A stretch of 63,865 nt of DNA, filler included. It is 10 parts of 10 records of this genome, joined end to end, with 100 filler letters (N's around TTAATTAATTAA, not from the genome) between each part and the next. Parts side by side here need not be neighbours in the genome. Positions count along the whole stretch, not along the records: positions 40,338 to 55,923 come from SRR15195285_1589; positions 56,024 to 60,652 come from SRR15195285_1591; 8 more parts are not named here. One strand, 5' to 3'. The translations under genes were made by a program, and so were the position numbers. The notes beneath the pieces were generated by a model, which worked only from the letters and a program-made list of their open reading frames with translations, was not told where the DNA came from and searched no databases. Positions 45,533-56,312 of this stretch are shown here, in pieces; the first letter of the stretch is position 1; each line of letters starts with the position of its first letter.

Positions 45533-48500
45533 TCACTCGAGTGTTGCGAGCGTGCGCCCATTCGGCCCTATCACGACTTGCTGCACGTGGACAATCCACG
45601 ACACGCCAGATCTAGACTTAGCACGGCGGCGGAGGTAAGTCACTTCCACTTGCTCGTCTGGCATCCCAACCACCACTAGAGACTCACCCACGGCCACGCC
45701 TGATGCTGCTCTCGTTGTTGCCGCCTGTTCTTGCTCGTGCTGTGCCTCCTCCTCTGCGGCTGCTGTTGCATTGCCACCACTCCCATTGCTACTAGGTAGG
45801 CGAAAGCGGTACCCAGAGAGACTGACAAACTTGCTGCAATCGCCAAGGAGCACAAAATCCGCCTCCGACTCCACCACCCACACTTGCCAGACCTCGACTG
45901 TATGAAGACAGTTTGGACCCGCCGGTAGGACACCGCCTGCGTAGGGAGGTTGGGAGCAGGTGGCGTTTGCAGTGCTCACATCAAAGAGCGGAGTGGTCGC
46001 AGTGGGTACCACCTTTGCCGCCGGCACATCCACCAGTGTGACGCAGCCGCTGGCAACCGCGTCGGTGCCAGCGACGCACTGCTTCCCTCCGTCGGTCGCC
46101 GAGCGCACCAATACCACACTCTTGTTGAGAGTCGGAGGCAGCGGTGGGTACAGATCACCCACTTGTAAATCAAAGGACTCTGGCTGGTCGACCGACACCA
46201 CAATATGCTGTAGCAGGAACTCTCCACCTCCTCCACTTCCCACCGCCCCCACCGCCCCCACCGCCGTCGCCAAAGCAGCTGGGACGGAGGCCTGAGCAGT
46301 CGCATCAACACCTGCGTGCGATACCAGTCGACGGGTAGGCGCTGTCGCCAACTCGGGTGCTTTAGCTGGGTCCTCCATCCACACCGTCGCATGTGTCTGC
46401 CACAGCCGTGATCCACACTTCTGGCTCCGTGGTAGGTCTGGGGCCTTCTCCTCCGCTGGTGTGCAAAGTCCTGGCATGGAGCGCTGCTGCCTACTGCCTA
46501 GCAGAGCCCCAAACATGACGTCCACCGGAGCCAGAGGGCGGTCCGGGCGCAGCAAGATGCCGTCGGCGCGCGCGAGGCGATGTACGAGTGTTGCGTTGAC
46601 CATGCACTCTTGTCCGACGCAGGTGTCGCCCAATCCGACCGGTCCAGTGCTCAAAACCGCCGCAAGGGCGTGTAACTGGGCGTCTTTCCCGTTCCGACCG
46701 CTGTCTTGCGCACCACCATCCTTGTACAGGTCGCGGAAGCTGGACCAAAAGTTATCCTTGGAAGGAGCGATACGTGTTGCCCAAAACACCCAGCCATTGT
46801 CTGGGCTCGCCCAGTTGTGCGCACCGTTGTTCCCCCGTGTTCCCGTGTTCTTCGTCGGGTCGCCGTCCCAATCATAGTCGATGCTCGCTCGAGCATTCGT
46901 GATCCGCGGCATCGTCAGCGCTTCAAGGAAGGAGGGTGGATTGCCAGCGCAGAGCTGGGCTGTCATGTTGTGGCTCGCACACGCCTTGTCAATACCACCC
47001 AAAAATTCCTCCCCCGCCCCAAGAACCTGCCGCAGCTCTGGGGTGTTGGACACGATGTTGTGATAAAAATCAGTCTCGTAGGCCGCCAGATTCTGCCCCT
47101 GCCACCCAGCGAGGACCTGCTGCGGAGCCCAGGTACCAGGCCAGGCTGGGGCGGTGCGGTCGACCGACTTTGACGCGAGCATAGTGCCGTAATCAAACAT
47201 GTCGTTCCAAAAGCGCTCTGACTGGTTGGCAATCGGCAGGACGAAGCCGGACTCGGCGGCGGTATCCGACCACGTGTATTTCCCGCCCTTGTTCCACGCG
47301 TTGTCGACGCACAGGGTCGGAAAGTACATCATGAGCGGTACCCCTTGCCGTTTCCGCAGCCCACCTTGGCCGTTTGGGTAGTAATCCTCCGGCAGCACCC
47401 AGTCACTAACGCACCAGTCAGGGTGCTTGCTGCCTGGTGCAGCGCCTCCTGTCTGGACTGGATACCACCAGCAATCGCTGCAACATATGCAGTGCAAGGC
47501 AACGCCAAGTGTTTTCGTTAAAGCCCAGGGAGGCAACGAGCAAACCGTCTGAGCGTGCTGCCGAATCTGGACGATATCTGAAGGGTGGAAGCGAGAGTTG
47601 CTATACTCACAGCTGTGTCGCCCGCGGCGCCACACCCGTCGCCTTGATGCTATCCGCGACCCTGCCATACACCTCCGTCGAGACCATCGACCAGTTCCAG
47701 TTCATGTACGAGATATTTGGCCCAAGATCGTGAGCGTCTGGGCCCACCGGTCCAGGGGCGACGGCCGGCGGGATGGTACCAGGTTTGGCGGTCCATGCAG
47801 CGCCGAGAGTTGCCGCCCCGTTGTCGGTCCACATTGTGAGAGCAGCCAGGAAGATGTCCTCGTCGGCCACCTTCTTTGTGTCATACGCCGCCCGCATGGC
47901 GCTGCCCCACTCATCCCATGCCGCGGTTGCACCGGAGCCTGAGTGCACCAGCAGCGTGGACTGCTCAAAGCCAGCAGGAACACTCTTGACATCCCCGGAG
48001 ACGCCGAATGACCACACAGACGATGTACCCAGCCCGTTCGACGGCTGCGATGCCTGGGTGTAGCCAACAACCACCGAGCTTGCGACCTTGACCGGGTTGG
48101 ACAGCTTGCCAGTCTTGAGGTAGCAAACACCGCCACTAGAAGAGGTCTTCCAGGCGCTGCAGGCAGGTGCGGCAGCTTTGCACGCTGCGCAACACTCGGC
48201 CGGGCTGCTAACGTTGAGCTGCTTCAAGTCGCAACAGACGTAATCGGTGCCGGTGTGTGGCTCGCACAGGCCCTGCGCTGGCAGTGGCGCATCCAGGTAG
48301 CCGAGGACTCCTTGGCTGGAATAGCCATGCCCCGTCGCCCACGCCTTACTCTTCGCCGTAGCCGCGGCCATGTGGTGAGTGCCGTTGGCATTGGAGAACA
48401 TCTCCAAGGCAATCCGCTTTTTGCCGGGCCAGCTATAGATGTATCCCTGCAGACAATCAGCCAGCGTGTCAGACGCTAGACGCACATGAGGAGGTGGCAC

Positions 48501-49608
48501 AGCAGCAGAGACACAACGTAACGCTGTTGGTACAACTCACGTCCTTGTTCCCGAAATTCTTGTAGCTCGGGCCCGGCTGGGCAGAGGAATTGGTGACCCA
48601 GTTATCCTTGTTTAATTCCGAGTACGAGAAGTACAGCTGCGTCGAGTAGCCCTTGCCGCCGGGCATCCCGGGTGGTGGGATCGAGCTTGGGTTGATGGTG
48701 CCCTCGTCTGCAAAGAGAAGGGTGTAGCCGCTCGCTTGCTGCGTGTGGTCGCACTGAGTGGAAAGGCAGAAAGTTACATCGCCCCGGGCTGCGTTGAACC
48801 ACAGCTTAGCGGTTAGCAGCTGCGCCGCTGAGGCCACGCTATCGGCAATGCGGTGGTAGTTGAGGTGGAAAGAGCTCGCGGGGCCGGCGACGAGCGCTTG
48901 CATGCCGCCCCCGCCGCCCACTGTATCCATTGCTGCTGGCCACAGCTGTGTCGCGGGTCCGTTACCAAGGTGGAAGCAGCTCTCGATATTCCCTTTGCCC
49001 GAGATGCCGCCGCCACCGCCCGAGAACGAGTGGGCGCTATATAAGTGCGACTTGTCGCCGCCGTAGCACAGGAACGCGGAGCTGTTGAACGCGCCCTCCA
49101 CGCGCCAGCTGGGGAAAGGGGCGAACTGCACTGGGCTGGTCTGATGGATATCGAACGCCCCTTGCGCGGCAGTGTCGTTGGCGCCCTCCGGCAGGGCGAG
49201 CGTCCCCACCAGCTTGCCCTCGCTGCCTGCGCGGCAGGCGTAGGCGCGCCATGAGAACACCACGGGCGTTGTCGCCGTGCGGCCCGCCACGCACTTCAGC
49301 TCCGCGCCTTGGAACGCCCCGAAGCTGTCGCTGCCGCTCGTCTGCCTCGGGGCGGCCGGGCAACGCAGCCCATTGTTTGCCACGGTGTGCGCCGCGCCGC
49401 CGGCGAACACAGACAGCGGCGCGCCGCGCACCGGCGCCTCACCATCGACCGTCAGGGTGTAGCTGCCGTTTACGCCCATCGTCAGAGAGAGCCCACCCGA
49501 ACGCAAGCTGACTGCGGGAGAAACGGTAGCAGCAGCAGCAGCAGCAGAGGCGCCAGCCGTGGTGTATAGCCATGCTGCTGCTGCTGCTGCGAAGACAACA
49601 TGTAGCAT
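45533..49608 (-). CDS. Secreted glycoside hydrolase-like protein (clan GH-D-like barrel) with DUF5648-like repeats and a PAN/apple domain (3 exons)
   Basis: Signal MLHVVFAAAAAAWL; introns 48447-48540 and about 47478-47610. Motifs WTDNGA, QL|DCWWY, AYETDF, NARASIDY, PSKDNFWS, LSTGPVGLGD, ADGILLRPDRP. PAN: TDY..CDL....SSPAECCAAC....CSAW......CYLK. Confidence 0.72.
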
Positions 49609-50201
49609 ATTGGGGGTGGCTGTAATGCGGCACCGACGCCGAGATCGCGGAGAAGGCGACGCGCGACGCGGAGCGCGCACGCCGCACGCGCGCGCGCCGC
49701 CGCGCCGCGCGACGCCGGTAGCATGCGCCGGCCGGGTGTGGAGTGTCCGACTGATGCGCACGCTGCAATAATCTACAATTCTACATTATAATGAGCCAGC
49801 GTCACTGGAACAATGTCCTACAGTACTATTCTGTATTCATAGTACTGTCATAGCGGGTACCGTATGCGGCTATATACAGTAGCAATGTACGGTAGTGTAC
49901 ACAGCACGCGCTGTACCGAGTAGCTATTCACCCCGGCGGGAGCATGCAGGCGACGACGACCTTGACGCCGCCGGCCGCGCGCGCGCGCCGGAGCACACCA
50001 GCTACTAAGTACTACGCTAGTACCTGTAGGTATAGTATCATATCGCGCGCGGCGTATCGATCCGGGACGCGATACGAGTGCGCAGCGACGTTTCCGTCCT
50101 CGCTCACTGGCACGTGGCGCTCCGTCCTCAATCTCTCCGCCCCGGGCGCCGGGGGGAGTCCACCGGAGGGTCCACCGAACGCTTCAGCGGGCGCTGCTGT
50201 G

Positions 50202-52285
50202 ATGATGCGGCAGCCCGCGCTGTTCGGCACTGTTCTGCTCGCCTGCACAGCGCAGCGCGGTGCCCAGGCTGCGGTGGCAACGAACGCGCTTTTCAGCGAC
50301 AATATGTAAGCCGCCTCGCAGCAGCCGTGAAATTGGCATCAGTGCACTACGATTGTTTGTGCTCAGGGCGGGTGGCTGCTGGATGGACCAATTGTCTGAC
50401 CGACGGACGCTGCCGACACCACAGGGTTCTCCAGACCTCCGCGGGTCTGTTAGGCTCGCCACCACCAACCACCCTCTATGGCACTGCTGATCCAGGAGAG
50501 GCCGTCACGCTGAAGGGAAGCGCCGGCTTCCCTGGCTCACCATACACAGCAACGGCAGACACCAGTGGCAAATGGTCCATCGCTCTGAAGTCTGATTCGA
50601 CTGTCGCGACGGCGAACGCAGCCGGTGGCTCCTACACGCTGACGCTGACTGGCAGCAAGGGTGGCAGCCCCGTTGTCGCGAAGGATGTTGTGTTTGGGGA
50701 CGTTTACTTGTGCACCGGCCAGTCGAACATGGAGAAGACCGTGTCGTACACATTCAATGGCACGGCTGAGATCGCAGCGGCAGTCCCTGGTACACCGGGA
50801 GGCCCACCGACGATGCGCCTTTTTCAGCATCAGACTGTGAGTTGCCCTGGGAATCGCGGGCCAACGGGGGGCCCAATGGCAGACATATGCGGACCGAATG
50901 GCGCGCACTGGGGCACACCTTCCCGCGCACTAAATGGCAGCTGTAGCTTCGAGGGCTCTAGCGGCAAAAGCTGCCTCAACCCGGTCCGACAGTGGACTCC
51001 TGTCTCGCCCAAGGTAGTTGGCGATTTCTCAGCGATCTGCTATCTCACGGCGCGGGATGTCAGCCGTCTTCACACGGGATCGCGGCCGATCGGTCTCATC
51101 GAGAGCGACTGGGGCGGCACTCCGGTGCAGGCATGGACACCTCCGGCAGGGCTGGAGGCGTGTGGTCTGCCACTCCACAATTGTACTACAGAGCCAAATG
51201 GCAACTGCACTGACTATCCAAGCAAACTTTTCAACCACATGGTTCAGCCGTTTGTCGGGTTTGGCCTCCGCGCAATTCTCTGGTACCAGGTGAGCAACCA
51301 TGCCACTAGAACACTATAATTATCATCCTATGGAAGTTCTCAACGATCTTAGATTGTCGCCATGATTCCAGTCCCTGGCTGCATTCGAAGTGTCAGCCAA
51401 TGATAGGAGATGTCTCGTCTGTGGCAGGGTGAAGCGAATTCTGACGAGGGATTTCCTATGACCCGTCCACAATACGCGTGCGCCTTTGGGCAGATGATCG
51501 AGGGTTGGAGGAAGGCTTGGAACTCTCCCTCGTTGCCCTTTGGCTTTGTGCAGCTCAGCAGCTGGACAGGAAACTGGGGTTTCGATCAGATGCCTTGTGT
51601 GGCGAACTACTGCCCTGTAATTTCGCGCATTCGACTTGCTCAGGCGGATGTAGTAGGACAGGCTGGACCACCCAGCGCATCCGAACGGGGTGCACCAATA
51701 CCAGGCGCACCGTCTTTTCCTCTGAGCAACACGTTCATGGCTGTGGCGTACGACCAAGGAGACAACCAGCAGCATGGTGTGCACCCGAGATTCAAATCTG
51801 AACCTGCGCGTAGGCTAGCGCTGCAGTTGATTCACACCGTCTTTGGCACGTCGACGCCATACTCGGGACCTCTTCCTCTCTCCGCCCACCATGCAACCTC
51901 CACGACGCCTGGCGAATCGACCGCGGAAGCGATCTCTGTCCGAGTGATCGTCTCACACAGCTCCATGCTACGACTGAACGACACGCACACATGCAACGAG
52001 CAATTCGAGAAGAAGTGCTGCGCAGCTGGCGCTTCTGGCTTCGGGGCGCGCATCTGTACAGCTGCCGTGCCCGCAGATTGCGCCATTGCTGCGGATGGCA
52101 AGACGGTCTTCAACGCGAACGTCACGATCGATAGTCCTACCAGCTTCCTCGTGACGGCCGCGGATACCGCAGAGTATAGTAGTGTAGCTTCGTTCGTAGA
52201 GTTTGGTGTCACTGATTTTCCGCAGTGCTCTGTTGTGAACGAGCTAGGAATCGCGATGGGGCCATTTATACTGCCTGTCAAGTGA
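50202..52285 (+). CDS. Secreted sialate O-acetylesterase (SIAE/SASA-domain SGNH esterase), 2 introns
   Basis: LFSDNM|VLQ, GDVYLCTGQSNM, FSAICY, PIGLIESDWGGTPVQAW, LFNHMVQP...ILWYQ|GEAN, PFGFVQL, GVHPRFK. Confidence 0.92.
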
Positions 52286-52482
52286 TATGAAGGGCCCGAG
52301 GTGCTTCAAAACTGAGCCCTGACCAGTTGTTCGCACTGGGTTGACCGCGCACTTCGTGGGATGCGCTATAAATGAACTCAAGCGTTCTTGAATTCGTCAA
52401 CGGGGAGAGCAGTCAACAGTACATGTACTACTGCTCTTGCAAGGCAGATTGGATACAAGTAGTGACACCGCAACGGCCTACA

Positions 52483-55400
52483 TTAAGCATCATCGGTACT
52501 CATCGGCGCGGCCTCATCTGACTCCTCCAGAGCAGGATCGAACAGGAACGACTCGAATGGCTCTGGCTCGTCATCGTCAATTCCTATGAGCAAAGACGTG
52601 CATTGTTCAAGGTCTCCCGCGTCAGCCAACCAAGAGCGTGGGAGCGAAAGTGGGCGCAGCATGCGTGCAAGTAGACTAGTGGTACACACCAGCAGACGAG
52701 TTCATAGACGGTTTGTTGACCTTGACGTACTCCACCGGCTCCTCCGGTGTGGTGTCCGTCACGATCAGAACCCCCGACGGCCGACCCTGCACACGGTTTG
52801 CAACAAAAATCGAACAAGTAACTGTGTGAGCAGTCTTGCAGAGAGGCGGTGCGGTGGACATGCTACAGCAGCGATTGGTTTCTCATACCGGCGTGATAGG
52901 GCGGTAGCGCTCGTCCTCCCACACGACATGCTTCTCTTGGTCCGCCGTCACCCGTGCAGGATTCGTCAGCATCTCAAACGTCTTCTCCTCCTCCTGCTTC
53001 TTCTCCTCCTCCTCGGTTTCGCCAGCCTTCTTTTCTGCTTTGTCCTTGTCTGTGCTAGGGCTCTCGACGTCCATCGCTGCAGACCCATCCGCATCACCGT
53101 CCTTTTTCGCGAGCTTCGCTTTCTTACCAGCTGTTGACAACACAGCCTTCGTGATCGGGCCGTGCTTTTTCTTCTTCTCCTCAACCAGGTTCGCCGTGTA
53201 GGCGAAGATTGACGGCTTCGCGTCCGACTTCACGTCCAGCTTCGGCATCTTCAGCTCTGAGTTCAACGCAATCATCGTGGTCGGCGTGAAAGAGAGCGAC
53301 AGGAAGTGCAGCAGCGGGTGCCAGTACCATGACTGTGTGAACACCGCCATGCCGATGATTGCGGACATGCGCTTGTGTCCAGAGCGGCTGCGCAGCGAGA
53401 TGGTGACGTTGCGGCCGCCAGCATCCAGCATGCCCGCTGCCAAGATCGCACCAAAACGGCTGAGCACCTCGTCGTGCGGGTCCTTCGTGTATTTATCCAG
53501 CTGTTCGCGGAACTTTTTCACAAGCGGTGTCTGGGTATCGTTGTGCTGAATGAGTACCATCGCCGTCCCCATGAACGCGCCCTGCCGCACAAAGTCCACC
53601 TGGTCCGCCCACAGCGGCTCCAGCAGCTCCAGTGCCGACTCCTGGCCTGTACCAGCGCAGGCGATGCCAACGGCCATGGCGGCACCGTACCGCAAATGCG
53701 GGTTGTATGAGGCAGCCAGCAGGGAGACCACCCGCGGCGCCTGGTGCGGCACGCGGAACAAAACAAACCCAAGCGCCACAACAGCTGCACGCCTGACATC
53801 GTCGCTCATGTCGCTGACAGCGACGTGGAGCAGGATCTTCATTGCGCTGTTGTTGGCCGTGCCACAGTAGGCCATACCGATGGCATACATTCCACCGTAG
53901 CGAAGCAGGTGGTCCTTGTCGTCCGCAAGCTGCCGGATGAGGGTGTCCGCGCGCTCTTCGCAGCCGTACACCAGCAATGCGATGCCGATAGCCAGCCCAC
54001 GCACAATTTTCTCGTGGTCAGTATCATGGGCATACTGCAGCATCGACTGCAACGCCATGTCATCCATGCTGCCTGCCATAACAAGGCCCATCGACAGACC
54101 CGCCGCCTCTCCTGCCACAGCGTTGTCCGAGGACTGCATGATGTCGTTGAGCTGCGTCCAAATCTCGCTGTCGTGCGAGTTGATGGCCGCGAGGCCCACG
54201 CCAAGACACGCGCCGTGCATCAGGCACTCTGACTCCTCGGGCCGCCCCGAAGTCGACTGGAGCTGGTTGCGCAAGTACGTGATCGTATCCTGTCCCCCTG
54301 GGTGGGCTGGTGTGGTGTGTTTTCCGTGGTTGACGTACGTCAGACCGAGCGCATACAGCGCACCACCGCCGGCGTAGTCAGGGCCAGGGGTTCCCGAAGG
54401 AAGGAAGCCCGCGGACGACAGAAGGTTGAACCCATCCTCCAGGTGTCCCTGGTTGATCACACCAATCGCTGCTGTGGCTGTGAATCGCGACCAGTGATTT
54501 GCACGCTGTAGCCACGCCTGGTTGTCACGGAGCCACGCGTTGACCGTCGTGCCTGCTTGCATGTACGCGTACGAGACAATTGTGGCGCTGTGCTCTACCG
54601 GACGCCATTTGCGGCCGTTGCCCGCCACTGCCGCCTTAATGTTCTTTGCGATGAGAGGATCGGCCTTGTTCTGCGAGTACAAAAACTCCAGGAACAGTCG
54701 CACGGGCAGCTTGCCGTTCAGAATGCTGGCCATGTTCTCAAGCTTCTCCTTCAGCGCGTCGTCTATGTCGTCAGCTGCGCTCTCCGGCGCCGCCACGGGC
54801 GGTTCTGGCTCTGCAGCGGCCTCCGCAGCTGCCTCGCCCTCCGGAGCAGCAGCTGGCGCGGCAGCTGGCGGCTCCGGCGGCGCGGGTGGTGCGCAGAGCT
54901 TGGAAACTGCGGCCATGAACGCTTGCTGTTCGTTGTCCACCAGATCGAATCCGATCTGATAGGCCAGTGCCACCTCATCTGCGCCCCCGCGCACCAGCTT
55001 GTTGAGGATCTCAGCCACCCCTGCTGAGTCGTCCAGGAACATCAGGCACTGGCAAATGTTGACGTAGTCCGGGCTGCCGAAGCCTCCGTACAGCTCCACC
55101 AGCTTGCGCAACACCAGCTTCCGGAATTGTCCGCTCGTCACCAGGTCTTGTGCAACGAGATAGCAGTAGTTCAGGATTTCGTGCGGGTTGTCGGCACGCT
55201 GCACGCACTCCTCGAGCTTGTCGAGGCGGCGCGACTCGAGCGCGATCCCGAGCGCCTGCTTGAACTCCTTGTCCTGGTAGCAGCGCTCGAACATGTTTTC
55301 GACGATCGCCTCGAGCTGTGCGAACACGGCCGGCTCCCTGAGCGCGCTGTTGCTGTCCTCGGAGACCGACGTGCCCGACATCTCCGCGTCGGACTCGGCG

Positions 55401-55790
55401 GCCTTGATCTCGATGTACTTGTCGATGCACTTGGCGGCGATCGTCTCCTGGTACTCCTTGCGCGCCCAGACGTCGAACATGGGCCCAGCGTTGAGAGCGT
55501 ACTGCAGGGCATCTTCGTGCTCGCCGAGGTGGAAGTACACCTTTGACGTGACGAGCGCGGCCAGGTTGCGGTTGCCAAAGTCCTCGTCCTCGTACATGGC
55601 CTCGCTGCACGAGCGGCAACAGACAGAGGGATTGTGAACACGAGAGAGATGCTGAAGAGAGCGAGCGAGGGACAGACACAGAGCAGCGGTCAGACCGCCG
55701 CAGCGCTTCGGCGCACATTTTTGAGATATCCTCCGAGATCTCGGTCCAGAACACATCCACGATCTCATCCAGCGACTGCAGGGCGTGCTC
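52483..55790 (-). CDS. PSMD1: 26S proteasome non-ATPase regulatory subunit 1 (RPN2/PSMD1), 5'-partial, multiple introns
   Basis: IVDVFWTEISE, LAALVTSKVYFHLG, ALGIALESRRLD, WLRDNQAWLQRANHWSRFTATAAIGVI, PC repeats, LRYGGMYAIGMAYCGT, DAGGRNVTISL, NPARV, C-terminal DEPEPFESF. Confidence 0.97.
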
Positions 55791-55923
55791 CTGCAAGCAA
55801 CAGACCGCGCGGAGACGGGGCAACACGAACCCGTGTCAGCAGGGGGAAGAGCAGCGCTGCGTCTCCAAACCCATCACCCTTGCTAGCCTGTATCCAAAGA
55901 GCGGCAACACCCCGCCTCCCTCT

Positions 55924-56023
55924 NNNNNNNNNNNNNNNNNNNNNNNNNNNNNNNNNNNNNNNNNNNNTTAATTAATTAANNNNNNNNNNNNNNNNNNNNN
56001 NNNNNNNNNNNNNNNNNNNNNNN
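55924..56023. other. Artificial contig-joining spacer
   Basis: N44-TTAATTAATTAA-N44. Confidence 0.98.
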
Positions 56024-56182
56024 CCCATACTATTGACTGGGGCGAAAAAGCAGTCTTTTGGCAAGCATCCTACACCATACGATTGACTGGGGTTACGTTC
56101 CGTTGACTCCCCACGGTTCGGAGGGGATTACGTTGGGGGGGCTGGCCATCAGCGGGCTGTCCAAGGAGCTCAGGGACGCCGC

Positions 56183-56267
56183 CTTCTCGTGCTACTAGAA
56201 GGTGCTGCTACTAGAAGGTGCTTCTCGTGCTACTAGAAGGTGCTGCTGGTGCTGCTGGTGCTTCTCG
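56183..56267. repeat. Short tandem repeat (GCTACTAGAAGGTGCT x3 plus CTTCTCG x3) upstream of a gene
   Basis: Units at 56191, 56207 and 56229. Confidence 0.8.
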
Positions 56268-56312
56268 CTGCGGGGCGTGGGACGGAGGTTGGGGTGGGCT
56301 GGGGTTTGTCGG

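Noticed and set aside
56025-56267. Short direct repeats as a CRISPR array
   Set aside because: Only 2-3 units, too short or without unique spacers, no cas genes, and a eukaryotic context.
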